A stretch of 63,945 nucleotides of DNA, the filler included, from Ministeria vibrans ATCC 50519 (lineage: Eukaryota; Protista; Filasterea): assembly GCA_943704425.1 (NCBI GenBank). It is 7 parts of 7 records of this genome, joined end to end, with 100 filler letters (N's around TTAATTAATTAA, not from the genome) between each part and the next. Parts side by side here need not be neighbours in the genome. Positions count along the whole stretch, not along the records: positions 17,164 to 47,676 come from CALSCP010000233.1; positions 47,777 to 53,400 come from CALSCP010001067.1; 5 more parts are not named here. One strand, 5' to 3'. Within the stretch, counting starts at the first letter, position 1. Every line of letters begins with the position of its first letter. Position numbers and translations under genes: made by a program. Below, in pieces: positions 39,531 through 52,146 of the stretch. The notes beneath the pieces were generated by a model that saw only the letters and a program-made list of their open reading frames with translations, ran no database searches and was not told where the DNA came from.

Positions 39531-39543
39531 TTTCGCGCGCAAA
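39531..39543. promoter_or_regulatory. Candidate palindromic E2F site upstream of dUTPase
   Basis: TTTCGCGCGCAAA; contains a TTTSSCGC match plus an overlapping near-match on the opposite strand. Confidence 0.55.
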
Positions 39544-39877
39544 TTGAAAAGTGAAAGAATTTAAATGGACTCAAATACGTCACGTACGGAATCTTCCTGG
39601 TGTGCTGTCGAGACGGGTGATAGAGATCGTTTGACTGGTCCAGCTGATGACATTCAGAGGGGATACAGGAATAAATTGAAAATTTGTATATTAGTTTTTG
39701 TGTTCACACACACAGTTTTGACGAATAAAAACAATACGAGGAGTAAACAATGAACAATCAAACATCTTAGTGATCTTACTTCCTTGTATTGATTTTAATC
39801 TTCTTGTCGCTGTCTGCGACCCCCTTTTAGTGACGATCGAGACCTCGGCAGTTTGACTGTAGACAGGGACGCAGAGT

Positions 39878-40647
39878 ATGGAGGCGGCGCAGTATGTCAT
39901 CCAATTCTGGTCGCGAACGCGCGGACGCGACAAGATGAACCGGCTGCTGCAGTACTCCGTGGGACTGCACTCATCCCGCCTGGAACGCTCTGGCGAAACA
40001 CTGCTAGCCCAGGAATGGATGCAGATCTCCAAGCAAGTGTCGCTGGGCCGAAAACGTACACCCTCCTCACACCCGTCTCTCTCGCTCACTCACGCCCCCC
40101 ACCGCCCCCTCTCCTGCTCTCCCGTGTAGTGTTCCGGACATTCCGCAGCCTGGAGTTCCTTGTGGAGCTGCGCAAGGCGATGCGCGACCGGGATCCGGTG
40201 CGACGTCTTCTGGGCTGCTCGCGCCACATTGGCTATGCGGTGTTCTTCTTCCTCGACATGCTCGTCTGGTCTGCACGCGTGGGATTGACGCGGGGCCGGG
40301 TCGACGACAAGCGCTGGTCGCGCATTCAGATGCGCTTCTGGGTTGTGACTTGTCTTGTTGACGCCGCCCTGTCCCTCTACAAACTGATCCAGTCGATGGA
40401 GAACGAGCGTCAGCACCACAAGACCGGTGGCGATGGCGGGCGAGTACCGACGAGCTCGTACAAGCGCGAACAGCAGCATCATGCGGTGAACGTGGTGCGC
40501 GTCTGCTGCGACGCCATAGTGGCCCTGTCGCGCACCGCCTGGCTTCCCAGCGACCCTTCCCCACTCCTCGTCTACAGCTCCGGCGTTTTCTCATCGCTCA
40601 TCGGCTGTTGGCAGGTGGCACCTTCCCTTCACCCTAAGCAGGCCTGA
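39878..40647 (+). CDS. PEX11: Peroxisomal membrane protein PEX11, two exons
   Basis: TRGRDKMNRLLQY..VSLGRK|.FR; YAVFFFLDMLVW; GVFSSLIG. Confidence 0.88.
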
Positions 40648-41146
40648 AATAGTGGAGGGGTTCTTTTCGAGAGAGCGCAAGCGTGTATGAATTACATTGT
40701 ATGTGTATGTTACTATTATTTGTTTTTTGGTGTGTCGTACCACATACGAGTATCGATACCCTAACAGGACTCAGCACTCAGCACTCAGGGAAGAGTGAGT
40801 GGGGACTTGGGAGTGGCCGATTGGGTGCAGAGCGGCTCGTGTGGTCACTTCGGGAGTGGATCATTTTCATATAATTAGTTCATCAATAATTTGCAATGTG
40901 TCATAAGAAGTTTGCAATGCAAAATAATGCAAAAATTGCAAATGTTTGCAAAACTTTGCAATGAAATATGAATATCTTATTATTGTTCCTGTTGTGAACT
41001 GCTGCGTCTGTGGAGTAAAGACCCTTGCAGCGAAGATCAGCTCCCTCTGACGGCACATATTAGTCTCTTCTTCTGACACGACAGAAAAACAAAAAAAAGG
41101 AAAAAGGAAAAGCGAAAGAGAGAGAAGAGAGCGAGAAAACGTTACC

Positions 41147-44100
41147 ATGGCGTTTATGGACGATCCCGCGAGCGTCTTACGCCACCTGCACTACTCGTGG
41201 ACGACGAGCGACGACTCGGGCATGAGCAGCCTTGTGCTCCAGCGCGGAGAGGCGCCTCTTTTCAGACGAACTTTGTCGACGTTTGGCCTTCAAATGGTTC
41301 CTGGCACCGACACAACGACGGTGGGTGCGTCGTCTATCAGCCGTGGTGCAGCGGGTGCGTCCGTGGGCGCCGGCGGGGCGGCCCATGCGTCGCTGGGCAG
41401 CTTGGCGGCGAACTCGTCACCGCACCGCTTTGAGAGTGCTCTCCCGTCGGCCGCCAGTCCCGATTCGACGAGCGGAAGCCTGGCACGCTCCTGCGACATC
41501 CAGATGAGTCCGCGCGGCGACCATCGTGGGCGCCATCGACGCCGCAGCGAAGATGTCACGAACATGAATCGAGGGGGTGCACTTGGGGCGAACGCGCCGA
41601 AGAAGGGCGGCGGTGCAGACGAGTCGAGCGAGGCGGGTGGTCGCAAGAGCATGCGCGTTGTACAGTTTAGTGATCAACAGACCGCTATCCAGACGGTGAA
41701 TTTGGCCAAAAAGGGCGGCGACGGCAGCACTGGCGGCGACGGCGGGAAGTCGTCAGACGGCGACAAACGCAAGGCATACGGGACACGGTCGCGCGGCTAC
41801 TCAGATGATCGGCTGGCGCGTCAACGTACGCGTGTCAACTCGAACGAACGCCTACTAGAGACCAGAGGTGGGCAGGGACCGCGAGCACGAGGCTACTCGG
41901 ACGATCGCATGATCCGAAATTTGGGCGACGAAGGACTCGGCGAGCTCAAGGACAGCAGCAGTGCCCAGAAGCGTGCGTCAGATGCCGCCGCTGTGGCGGC
42001 TGCTGGTGCCTCCCAATGGACCAAAACGCATTCCTCAACCCCCGCTATTTCTGCTGCTACCACCACCACCACTACTACTACTGCTGCTGCTACTGCCAGC
42101 GGTGAGGATACTCTTGTTGGTGGTGAGGAAGGTTCGGATGGAGACGACTGGTCCAGCACGAGCACGCCGACTGCACTCTCCGACACGCTCGATGAGGAGG
42201 TCAACAGCTCCATCTTTCAGAAGCGGCAAGTGGACACGGAGCCGACGAAGCGCATATCGAAACTGTCGCTGTTGATGAAAGCGGCGGAAAATGTTGTGCA
42301 GAATCCGTTCACAATGTACTCACGACATCGCGACCCGGCAAGCGGCAACAGTTCCGGCGGCAGTAGCGGCGCAGGGCCACGTGGAGGCGGTGCAGGTGGC
42401 GGTGGCAGAGGCGCAGGCGGCATTGACGAGGCAAGAGGGATGGGAATGCGACGTCGTGTGCCGGCGGGTCCACCGCAGCGCGACACCAATGGCGAAGTGC
42501 GCATTCTTTTTCCGTTTGCCATTGGTGAGCGGTCTCAGGCGCCTTTGTATGTTCGTGCGACGCCCGGTGCAACAGTCGAACAGGTCATTGGACTCATTAT
42601 GTACCTGTACACGGCAGAGGAGCGCACCCCGTCCATCGCGGGCATGACAGTCGATCGGTTCAGTTTGCGTCTGGTCGAGGACGACGGCGAGCCCGACGAG
42701 GACTTTCCGGCTCTCGAGCGTGGCCAGCCCTTCCAGAAGTTTCGCTTTCCCGAGCTTGCCCTATGCGACAATGGAGCGGGGTCGGAGGCGCACGCAGACG
42801 GTGTTGACACCGAGGACGTTGGGGGCACTTCAGTGCGCTCCACTGCCCCGTCCACTCTCTCCGGCCGCGACCCTGCAAAGGTTGTTGTCCGTGTCCATCT
42901 TCCTAATGAGGTAAACATTCGTTTGCATTTGTTGTCTGTCATTGACAGCCTTTTTTGTGTTGCAGGGAACATCGACACACTTTGTCAACAACATGGACAC
43001 GCCGCTGTCGGAAATTGTGATGCACGTGGTGAAGAAGCGCATGTTGGTCCCGGAGCAGGTACCAACGTTTTCAAATTCTTCTCGTCAAGTTTTTTTTTTT
43101 TTTTTTTTTGTCTTTCTCTCTCTTTGTGTTTCATTGTATCTCTTTCCATATTGCTTTGTTACACTCTTGGTTCATATTGCTTCTCTTTCTAAATATATGC
43201 TCTCTACTCTCTCTTCTAGCACGCACTGGAACTGCCCAAGGCCCCGGGTGTCGAGCTGGACTTGCGACGTACTCTAAACGATGTCAAGTCGGTTGAGTTC
43301 AATCTCATCCACAAGCACAGTACGCCCGAATTTTATTCTGTTCTCTAAGCCTTACATGATTTTGATACTTTCTCCAGGCAAACGGCGTGACATTGAGTAC
43401 GAGGAGGAAGACTCGAACATTGACTTTGCAGAGAATGTGGCGGGTGCGCTGCAATTGCACCAGCTCAAGGTACGAGCGCTGCTTAAGCGTGTTAAAGACG
43501 TGGCATCGTGAATGTCTTACTTTGGGGTTTTTGTCATGGTGTTTCGTGTTTGTGCTTTCTGTATGGCCTGACCCTGTGTTTTAGAATTTCAAAGTGTTTG
43601 TACGGCACAAGTTCACGCAGGACGAGGAGGTGATTATGGGTATTGACAGTGTGAGAATTAGCTTTGTGTCGACAGGCTCGTCGCGAAGAGCAAACCAGGT
43701 GAGTTTTGTGTGTGTGTGTGTTTTATTATTTTTATTTTTTTATTTTTGCGGCGTTGTTGTTGTTGTTGTGTGTGTGTGACCTTGTGGGGTTGCGTATAAT
43801 ATATGGCTGCCCGTGTCGTGCCTCTCCTGATGCACTCGATGCTGTTTAGACCATCATGATGGAGGATGTCGTGTCGTGTACCCTCTCGGGTCCCAAAGCC
43901 CCCAATTTGTTCCGACTTGCCTACTTCAGCACCGATGTCGTTAAGCACCTTGACTTTGCCGCCAAGTCTCCCGAAGACGCCCGTACGACAAGAAACACCC
44001 GTGCAGTTGATCAGAATGGCCATTAATATTATGCACACTCTCTACGTCCCTTAGGTGAGATTGAGGCGAAGATCCAAACCATTACGTTTTCGATGCCTTC

Positions 44101-44152
44101 GGCGCGACGCGACGCATGGCGCAATCGCAAGGACAAGTCCAAGAAGAAGTAG
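41147..44152 (+). CDS. MAPKAP1: TORC2 subunit SIN1 (MAPKAP1), multi-exon
   Basis: MAFMDDP start; CRIM domain ATVEQVIGLIMYLY..LRLVEDDGEPDEDFPALE..FPELAL; downstream PH-like exons (MGIDSVRISF). Confidence 0.88.
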
Positions 44153-44198
44153 TTTGCGTGTTATTATAATAATTATTAGTAAAGATGGAACCATCATT

Positions 44199-44252
<54 letters not shown>

Positions 44253-44376
44253 CTTGTTTGTGTCTCCCCATATTTTGTTGGTTTTGCCCTGATGATAACT
44301 TGTTTTACTATTCTTTTCAGAAATGAATCGAGGAAGAGAAAGGATAGTAGCAGCTATAGGTGATGGTTTACGTTTA

Positions 44377-46633
44377 TTACACAAAGAGTCGGAGTGTGGC
44401 ATCTGCGCCGGCACTGATGAGCCAGGGCTGCTGCGGATGGAAGGCAATGTCAAGGACGCCCAGCTTGCTGACGACCTCGTGGCCGCGCAGCATCTTGAGC
44501 GGCACAATCAGCGGATTCTGCAGAAGAGAGGTTAAGAGGGCGTAGGCTGTTGTGTGTACAAAGGGGTACCTTGAGCAGGTCCGAGTAAACCTTGCCGTGC
44601 AGGACGTGGATGGTACCGTCGTCGCTGCAGCTGGCACAGAGGGGATAACGCGGATGGAAGCGCACCGAGCGCACTGCGTAGTCGTGGTAGCTACACCAAA
44701 ACAGAATAGAGAAAAGTGTTATTGTGGTCCTCATCAATGTCACAAAGGGAGTACCGTAGGGTCTTGTAAGGGGTCGTGCTAAGCTCGGTGTCGAACCAGC
44801 AGAGGCGCTTGTCGTAGCTGCCAATGATGACGTTGTCGCCGCCAGGATGGATGGCAAGCGAGCTGACCCACTTGACGCCCGCCACCAATTTCTTCTCCAA
44901 GTGCTGCTTCTGCAGGTTGTAGATACGCACAGACTGTTGTGTCTACAAAAAAACAAAACAAAACAAAATGAAAACAAAATCATTATTACAACCAATTCGA
45001 TGGTTGCTTACAGCGACGTAGAGATGAGGCAAGGAGGGATGGAAAGCAACGGCCTGAACCAGTCCAATGTTCTTGCGGAAGGGAGCTTGGGAGCGACGGC
45101 GGGAGAGCTGATGGACAAGGACAGAGCGGGAAAGGCCCTTGGGATGGACCGTCGCAAAGTAGTCGCCTTTGTGATGCCAGACAAACTGCTTGGCGACATG
45201 TTGAAGCTGAACGACGAGACGCACGCCGTCGTTGTGTTCCGCGTCACTCGCACGGCACCAGCGCGAACCCTTGACGGCGCGCTCAGAGACGTTGGCCGTC
45301 TTGCCCACTCGCCCAATCTTGTTGGCTTCATCGTCGTTGTCGTTGTCGTCGTCATCGCCGGCGTGGTCGCCTGCGTCGGCACTGGCCTCGGCGGCTGCGG
45401 CCAGGGCAGCAGCTGCTTCGGTGGAGAGAGGCGCAGCGGCACGAGCACCGCCACCGTCAAGGAGGAATTTGTCGGCGGCAGCAACAGCGGTGGGACCGCC
45501 AACGCGGGCGTTGATAAGAACGACGCGGGCAGTGCCGATACGGCCCACGACGGCGGCGACAATGGGGACAGCGGCCAGCGGTGACCACGACACGCAGTGA
45601 ACCGTGTCACCCAGACGCACGATACGCACACAGCGACCGGTGGCAATCTCCCAGATGCGCAGGGTGGCGTCGTCGCTGCCGGACGCAACCCACTGGCCCG
45701 ACGGCGAGATGGAGATGGAACGGACGAAGGCCGTGTGGCCCGTGAAGCAAAGAGCCTCGCGCGAAGGGAATGGGCGCAGATCGGTTGCCTTGGGCAAGGT
45801 GGGAAGCAGCAAGTTGGGGTCGATGCGCTTGCGCCGGCGTTTGATGGTGCGTGGACAAAGGTAGAGATCAAGGCAGCGGTCGAAGCGTTCGCGCCAGAGC
45901 GGCCGGAATGCGGGCACCGAGCGAAGGTTCTTGTAGGCTGTGGGAATGAGGTTGCGGGAACGCTCATCGGGGTCGGTTTCTTCCCAGCGCTTGCGCTCTT
46001 CGGCGGACGGAAGATACTCGGGAGGTGGGTTGTAGCTTTCGTCGTGGCCCGGCAAACGCATCTTGGGCGCAGGCATGTAGGCAATGCCACGTCCCGCTCG
46101 CTCGTTGGTGTCCTCCCACATGAGATAGTGTTCGGGCTTCTCCTGCATGGCCGCGGGTGGGCGAATGAGACCCGCCTTGATAGCACGGACCATCTTGACG
46201 ATGCGTTTGGCCTCCCATTTGGACGGCACAAATCGGCGTTTGGGCTCGGGAGCCGCCGACATGGGCATGGTCGACACTTCGCCCGTGTAGTAGTCGATGG
46301 CGTCCTCGTAGGGATTGTAATCGACGTGAGCCGCATCTCCCGACTGCATGCGTCGGATCATCTCAATGTCTTTGTCGCTCAATTGAACCTCCTTGCCAGT
46401 GCGGTCGTCTTTGACCGTGCGCCAAAAGTTGGGATCGTCCATCTTGGCCAGGAAGGTATCGAGCTCGTCGCCCGTCGCCGGCTTCATGACTTTCTTGCCA
46501 TCCAGATCGTAGCCAATGTGTGGCATATCGGCGTACCACTCGAGTGGCACATTGCCAATGGTGTTGCGTGGTGCTTCGTCGTCCAACGACGAGTCCGAGT
46601 CGTTTTCCTCTTCCTCATCCTCATCGTGCTTGC

Positions 46634-46664
<31 letters not shown>

Positions 46665-47042
46665 CTCCTCCGCATCGCTGCCGTCAATGTCGCTTGAGAA
46701 AAGCACCTCGTCGTCGTCAAAGTCGTTGCTCGCCTGCTCTTCGCCCACGCCGTCGTCCTCTTCGTCCTCCAGCTCGCTGTAAACGCTTTCTTCGTCCGAC
46801 TCGTCGACGCTGTCGCCCGCACCACTGTCCTCTTCGTCCTCGTCCTCGTCCTCGTCCTCCTCGTCGTCGTCGTCCCGCTGTGCGTCCACAATGGTCGGCA
46901 TGAGCTCGTCGTCGTTGTCGCTCTCGCTCTCGCTCACATCGCCCGCTTGTGCCTTTGCGACCGCCGTCGGCACACGCGATGACACTCGGGTACTTCGCCT
47001 CGAAGGTGTTGCGGCCTCGGCCGCTCCTCGTGCTCGCTTCAT
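44377..47042 (-). CDS. BOP1: Ribosome biogenesis protein BOP1/Erb1, multi-exon
   Basis: [22 protein letters not shown]; [12 protein letters not shown]; [15 protein letters not shown]; [14 protein letters not shown]; WD40 repeats; NPLIVPLK. Confidence 0.97.
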
Positions 47043-47108
47043 TCGCGTACACGTGAGAAAATATTTGATTCATTTTGAGTTTTTCGAGTCGATCAGCGAC
47101 CTAAACGA

Positions 47109-47120
47109 GGGTTAGGGTTT
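47109..47120 (-). promoter_or_regulatory. Telo-box-like motif AAACCCTAACCC ~70 nt upstream of BOP1
   Basis: GGGTTAGGGTTT on the plus strand. Confidence 0.4.
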
Positions 47121-48055
47121 AAAAATGAGGAATGTTCCAAAGGGAGGACACACCGATCAAACTGTAGCGGTGACCTGTGAGGCAGGGACTGGTGTGTGCG
47201 CAGGATAGCCAGTTGCTCGTGAATACATCTCACATACATCTTGCTGATCTTTCTGTGACTCTTCACTCACTCAAACTCTCAAAGCCTTTTTTTTTGCACT
47301 TGGTAAGCATGGGACTTGGGTTTTAGCATTGTAGCGTCGTGCCTGGCGGCGGGAGCACCGCTGCTGTCGCTGCCAATACCGTTTCATGCGAAATGGAAAA
47401 AAAAAAAAAATCCTCGTTTTTGTGAGCATGACTCGTTAAGGGGGATAGACGCGCGCCGGACGCCCGGCGAATGGGCTTGGCGTCCCGTGCGGGCCCCTGC
47501 TGCCTCGGCTGCGTGGCTCGTGGTGCGCCAACGAGGATTCTTTTTTTTTCGTCTCCCACTTTGGCGTGTGCAGCCCTCCGGCCGCCCTTTGTGCCGACAC
47601 GCCACCTCAACGCGTGCCTTGCAGTGTTGTCTCTTTGGGTTTTGGACTTACAGCCTTTTGCTGCTGTTTTTTTTTTNNNNNNNNNNNNNNNNNNNNNNNN
47701 NNNNNNNNNNNNNNNNNNNNTTAATTAATTAANNNNNNNNNNNNNNNNNNNNNNNNNNNNNNNNNNNNNNNNNNNNTCCCCAGAGAGCGTAATCAATCAT
47801 AGTTGTCTACTAAGTAACCGATGTGAGGCTGATGAGTGAATCTGCGATTTTTGGGGGGCGAGATCCGAGATTGGAAGGTCAAGCTGGGCTTTTGCTACGC
47901 AAAGTCGCAAACGGCAAACTGCTGTTTATTTAACTGCAAAGGTATCGACTATCGAGAAGGATGATGCATCCACTTTCTCTTTTCACTTCCATTTATTCTC
48001 AACTCAACAATGCAAAGAAGAAAAGAACCATAAACTGTAAAGTTTTTTTTTGAAA

Positions 48056-48808
48056 ATGTCAAGCTTCCCGGGCAGGAAGTGCAAGAACGGCTCGCCTGAC
48101 ATGCGCGACGCTCAGAACGTCGCTTGGTCCAAGAAGCAAAACTTGTCGTACGCAGAAGCGAAACTCGTCCGAGCTCCTCAGAATACAACACGCGGAACCC
48201 AAGAAACTCGGGCTGCGCCAACAGCGCATTCACACCCGCCCGGTCGTCTTTGCAAGGACAACACCCCCGATATGCGCGTCGCTGATAACATTGCCTGGGC
48301 TAAAAAACACGGACTTTCCAACGCGCAGGCGAAAAAACTCAAGTTCAAAGGCACGACTACGCCTACGGCGCGCATATCGGGAGCGGATTATCTCTATCAC
48401 CAGAGTTTCTGGGACGAAGAAGCGTTTGCGCAGCGGTTGGTGCAAGGTGCAACGGCACATGACGGCGAAGGAATAGTCTACATCAAGCAGTTCCACTGGT
48501 CCGTTCCAGGCGACCGTCTTTGCAAGATAGGATTTGCTCTCTTGGAAGAGAAGCGAATCATAAAGGGGCTGACGACAAGGGCCTGCGCGACGGTACGCAA
48601 TCGAAAAGCTGGAGAAAAATGCGTTCATGCGCTCCTCAAAAAAATGAGACTGAGCAGAGAAGACCCCCTCGTCCAGGCCTCCTACGAGCGCCTTCGCCGT
48701 GAGCATGTAACGGATGAAAGCGGCAGCACAGAGTGGTTCGCAGTCAACGTCGCCCAAGCGAGCGTGGCTATGCACTGGGTTCTTCTCAATACACTCTTCA
48801 AACTCTGA
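48056..48808 (+). CDS. T5orf172/MUG113 (GIY-YIG-related) domain protein with a duplicated N-terminal PGRxCKxxxPDMR module; intronless
   Basis: GIVYIK..CKIGFA..EKCVHALL..STEWFAV pattern; two copies of PGR.CK...PDMR.A.N.AW.KK..LS.A.AK. Confidence 0.7.
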   Translation: MSSFPGRKCKNGSPDMRDAQNVAWSKKQNLSYAEAKLVRAPQNTTRGTQETRAAPTAHSHPPGRLCKDNTPDMRVADNIAWAKKHGLSNAQAKKLKFKGTTTPTARISGADYLYHQSFWDEEAFAQRLVQGATAHDGEGIVYIKQFHWSVPGDRLCKIGFALLEEKRIIKGLTTRACATVRNRKAGEKCVHALLKKMRLSREDPLVQASYERLRREHVTDESGSTEWFAVNVAQASVAMHWVLLNTLFKL

Positions 48809-51389
48809 TGGATGCACTGGCGAGTAAAATTCCAGCCGGCCCTAAAAAATCTCTCACAGAAAGTCCTACGTCTTTTGCAACGTCTTCCCCAGCATCTTTC
48901 CCAGCGTCTTCTGCAACGTCTTCCCCAGCATCTTTACCAGCGTCATCTCCAGTAGGGTCACCGTGTTTAGCGATATTTTCTTCCTTAGTCAAATTAGTTT
49001 GATAATCAGATTCAGCAGTTGCCTCAGATTTAGAAGCATTACTATCGAATGTTTTTGCCTGTTCAGCCTGTTGTTCAGCCTGTTGCGTATCTCGTTGCTC
49101 CAATTGCTCTTGAATCTGCTGTCTTTGTGCTTCTGCTTCTTCAGGAGTCATTTTGCCTTTATCTAGTTGATTTAATCTTTCATTCAATAACTGTTCATCA
49201 GGAGTAGATGCTACAGGGTCACCAAGTAGATTATCTAATTGCTTTTCAACCGTATCACCGAGGTGTTCATCATCTTCATCATCTGTAAATACTGATAGAG
49301 ATGGATCAGCTTCAGACTCATCAGATTCACTATCCGAAAATACTGAGGTTTGACTGGATGGGTTTTTCTTTAATTCTTCATACATCTGGTTGGCTGTCAT
49401 TTTTTTAACATCATCGGCGCTACGTCCATTTTCTTGTAAGTATCTTGCGTAAGCCTTTTTATTAAAATCATTTTCTTTTAGTGTTGGGTCATTATTACGT
49501 ATTCTTTTAAGTTTTTCACGGTAGTGGAATACACCAGTCTTTCCCGGTTTTTTAATTCCAAGATTCTCATACAAGGTATTAAATTCATCAGGGGTTTTGT
49601 ATTGTCCATCTAATTCAGTTTGCGACGGCAGATGGTTATCTCTGAAATCCTTTAAAAAGTCGTCGTGTTCATTTAAGGGTTCACTTTGTGGCTCAACATT
49701 GGATGAACCGACTTCGTCATCTTCCTCATTTTCCTCAGGTTGTTCACCCATGTATTCCCTCATTTGTTTCTTTGTTATTTGCCCTGAATGTTCAATACCA
49801 TTTGGGAGTTTTCCACGCCGTTTCATTTCGTCAAAAATAGCTTCCTTGTTCAGATTATCTACATCTACTTCACTAGGATTATCCCTCAAAGTTTGAAGAT
49901 TTTCAATTAATTTCTCGTCTGTGAAATTGCCTTTGAGATTATGTTCTCTATTCATTGATAATTTTTGTAATTCTGGACGTGTCATTCCCATTAATTCCTC
50001 ATTATTAGGAATATTTTTGAATCGTGTAGTACGACGGACAATGCTTTCAGCATCACTAACAGTTGGCATTTTAAATCCTTCTCCAGGTATTTCATTTACT
50101 TCAGGTTTTGGGTTTACTAGGGTATGAGCGGAACTGACCGGTTCCGCACCCTCAGGAATAGTATCTAAAGTTTGTGTGACTGACCCTTGTGTTCGTGGTC
50201 TAATTTGAACACCTGAGTGTGCTTCTGAAATTTCAGTGCGTATGATCTTGCGAAATAGGATTGATGATGGAACCATCATCATCTTTTTCGAATTGGTTAA
50301 AGAAGTCTTTCATTTCAATAGGTTCACCATCATCACTATTTACATTATCTTCTAATGGACGAGTTTCAATAGGTAGTCTGTCTTCAAAACCAGCAGGTTG
50401 TATAAATTGAGGTTCAACGGATACATTTGCACCTTCAGGAAAGTACTCGTCATCATAATCTGTTCCATCATACACGTCACGTCACGGTCAGGACCGAGTC
50501 CACTTTCCTGTAAGCGTTTCTGAATATTCTCATTATTTTCCAAACGTAATTGATTGATTCGGTCTACTCGTGTTACTGGTTTTTCAAAGGGCTCTAAAAA
50601 TGAGCCATTCTCTTTGATATCATTGAAGGCATCCTCAAATGCTTTTGAGTTTACTATTTCATCGTGATCCTGATTGTCAAATCTATTTATAGTACCATTT
50701 TTCACCTCACGTAAAAGTGGCCGAAATTGTTCCAATGAACGACGTTGTGTAGTCAAATAGTCATCAAATTTATCACCAGACATCCTCTGTATTTTCTCAG
50801 CAGTTTCACGTAAAATAGCGTCATCTGATAGGTTTGGATTTTCATTTATAATATCATTCATCATGTTTCTTACATCATTATTACCTTTTTCGATGCCTGC
50901 ATTTCCACTAGCATAACCTCTAATATCTTCCAAATCATCTGATTCGTCTTCTAGGGCAGTCATTTTTGCATAATTTCGCATCTCAATAGCATTGTTTTGT
51001 TTGTCCAAGTCTGAATCCACATTACCTATTTTGTCAATAAGTTTCTTATTCTCATCGTTCACTATACGGTCATGTCGAAATTGAGCAAATTTTACCTTTC
51101 CTTTTGAAATACCCTCGGCAATATTATTAGGTAGATTTTTTAGTTTTCCTTTCACATCATTGTCCTCTAAAATTTTTATTCCATCCTTTGCAGATTTGGA
51201 TAGATTAAATCCTTCTACCCCACGATTTCCGCTTAAAATACCAACGTTCAAACTTCCTCTCGGTGTTCCTCTCGGTTGTTTCTGCTTCGTTTCTGCTCCA
51301 CACGGAAAAAGACTGCTGACTGTATTCTCACCTTTAAATGCATAACGATAGCTCCGGTCTAAGTGGTGAGTTCGACACGACAAAGACAC
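48798..51389 (-). pseudogene. AT-rich, intronless, virus-like ORF broken by two frameshifts (pieces 50352-51389, 50233-50475 and 48798-50282)
   Basis: Abrupt drop in GC relative to host genes; three overlapping same-strand ORFs; removing a 5-nt tandem duplication at ~50475-50486 fuses the first two. Acidic/charged composition; C-terminal GEDVAEDAG repeats followed by FLGPAGILLA. Confidence 0.6.
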
Positions 51390-51459
51390 GGTTTATTTTG
51401 ATTCAAATATTCTGAAGACTGATCACTGAAATTAGAAATAGAAAACTGAAAAGAAATAG

Positions 51460-51640
51460 AAGAATACAACCCATTTATTAATGATACAGTCATCACGCGA
51501 AGACACAGCCAGACCGCCTTGCAAACTCAACCGAAACTCTAGAGACTAGAGGTAACATGAGAACAGTGGCAGGTCATAGTGGTATGTCGTCGCTGTCCAG
51601 TGAGGCAATCGCAATGGTACGCCATACTCCTAGTGGGGGC
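51460..51640. repeat. Dispersed structured repeat, copy 2
   Basis: Closely similar to 53025-53200, same orientation. Confidence 0.92.
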
Positions 51641-52146
51641 ATCAGCCCACTGCTGCCAGAATTATCCGCGGGCCAGCGGACGACGCGTTATGAAGGTACA
51701 ATACTCCTCCGAAAACAGTGTACTGAGTCAAATACCAATAGGAAATACGGCCCAACCTGGTCAACAAAATGAGAAAAGCAGAGCGGTCCAAGACTCGGAA
51801 CAGCAGACAGAGCATATATGAAGTTACAGGATGACATAACGATTATCCTTGAAGGGAGTTTGTTTAGTATACTCCACAATAAGCTTTAAACAACAGGTCA
51901 CACCACAAAAGTAAGTTCTTAAAAGATATCAAGGGTCTTGGGGTCAACGAGTACGGAAACCGAAAAAGAAAGAGGCATGAGTCAATGAACGATCATGAAA
52001 AATTTCTTATTTGCAGAAATCAGAATTATTATTATTATATTATAAAAAAATTGTGGATTCTGATTTTTCCTCCATGACTTTCTTGGAAGAAGGAATTTTT
52101 TTAAAAAAAATTTATTACGGAGAGCCAGGGATGATCGTTTAGTTAG

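Noticed and set aside
47290-47676. Short ORFs divergent from BOP1
   Set aside because: No recognisable motif; interrupted by homopolymers and truncated by the linker.
47829-47920. CTGATGA hammerhead core candidate
   Set aside because: No stem II followed by GAAA in a compatible position.
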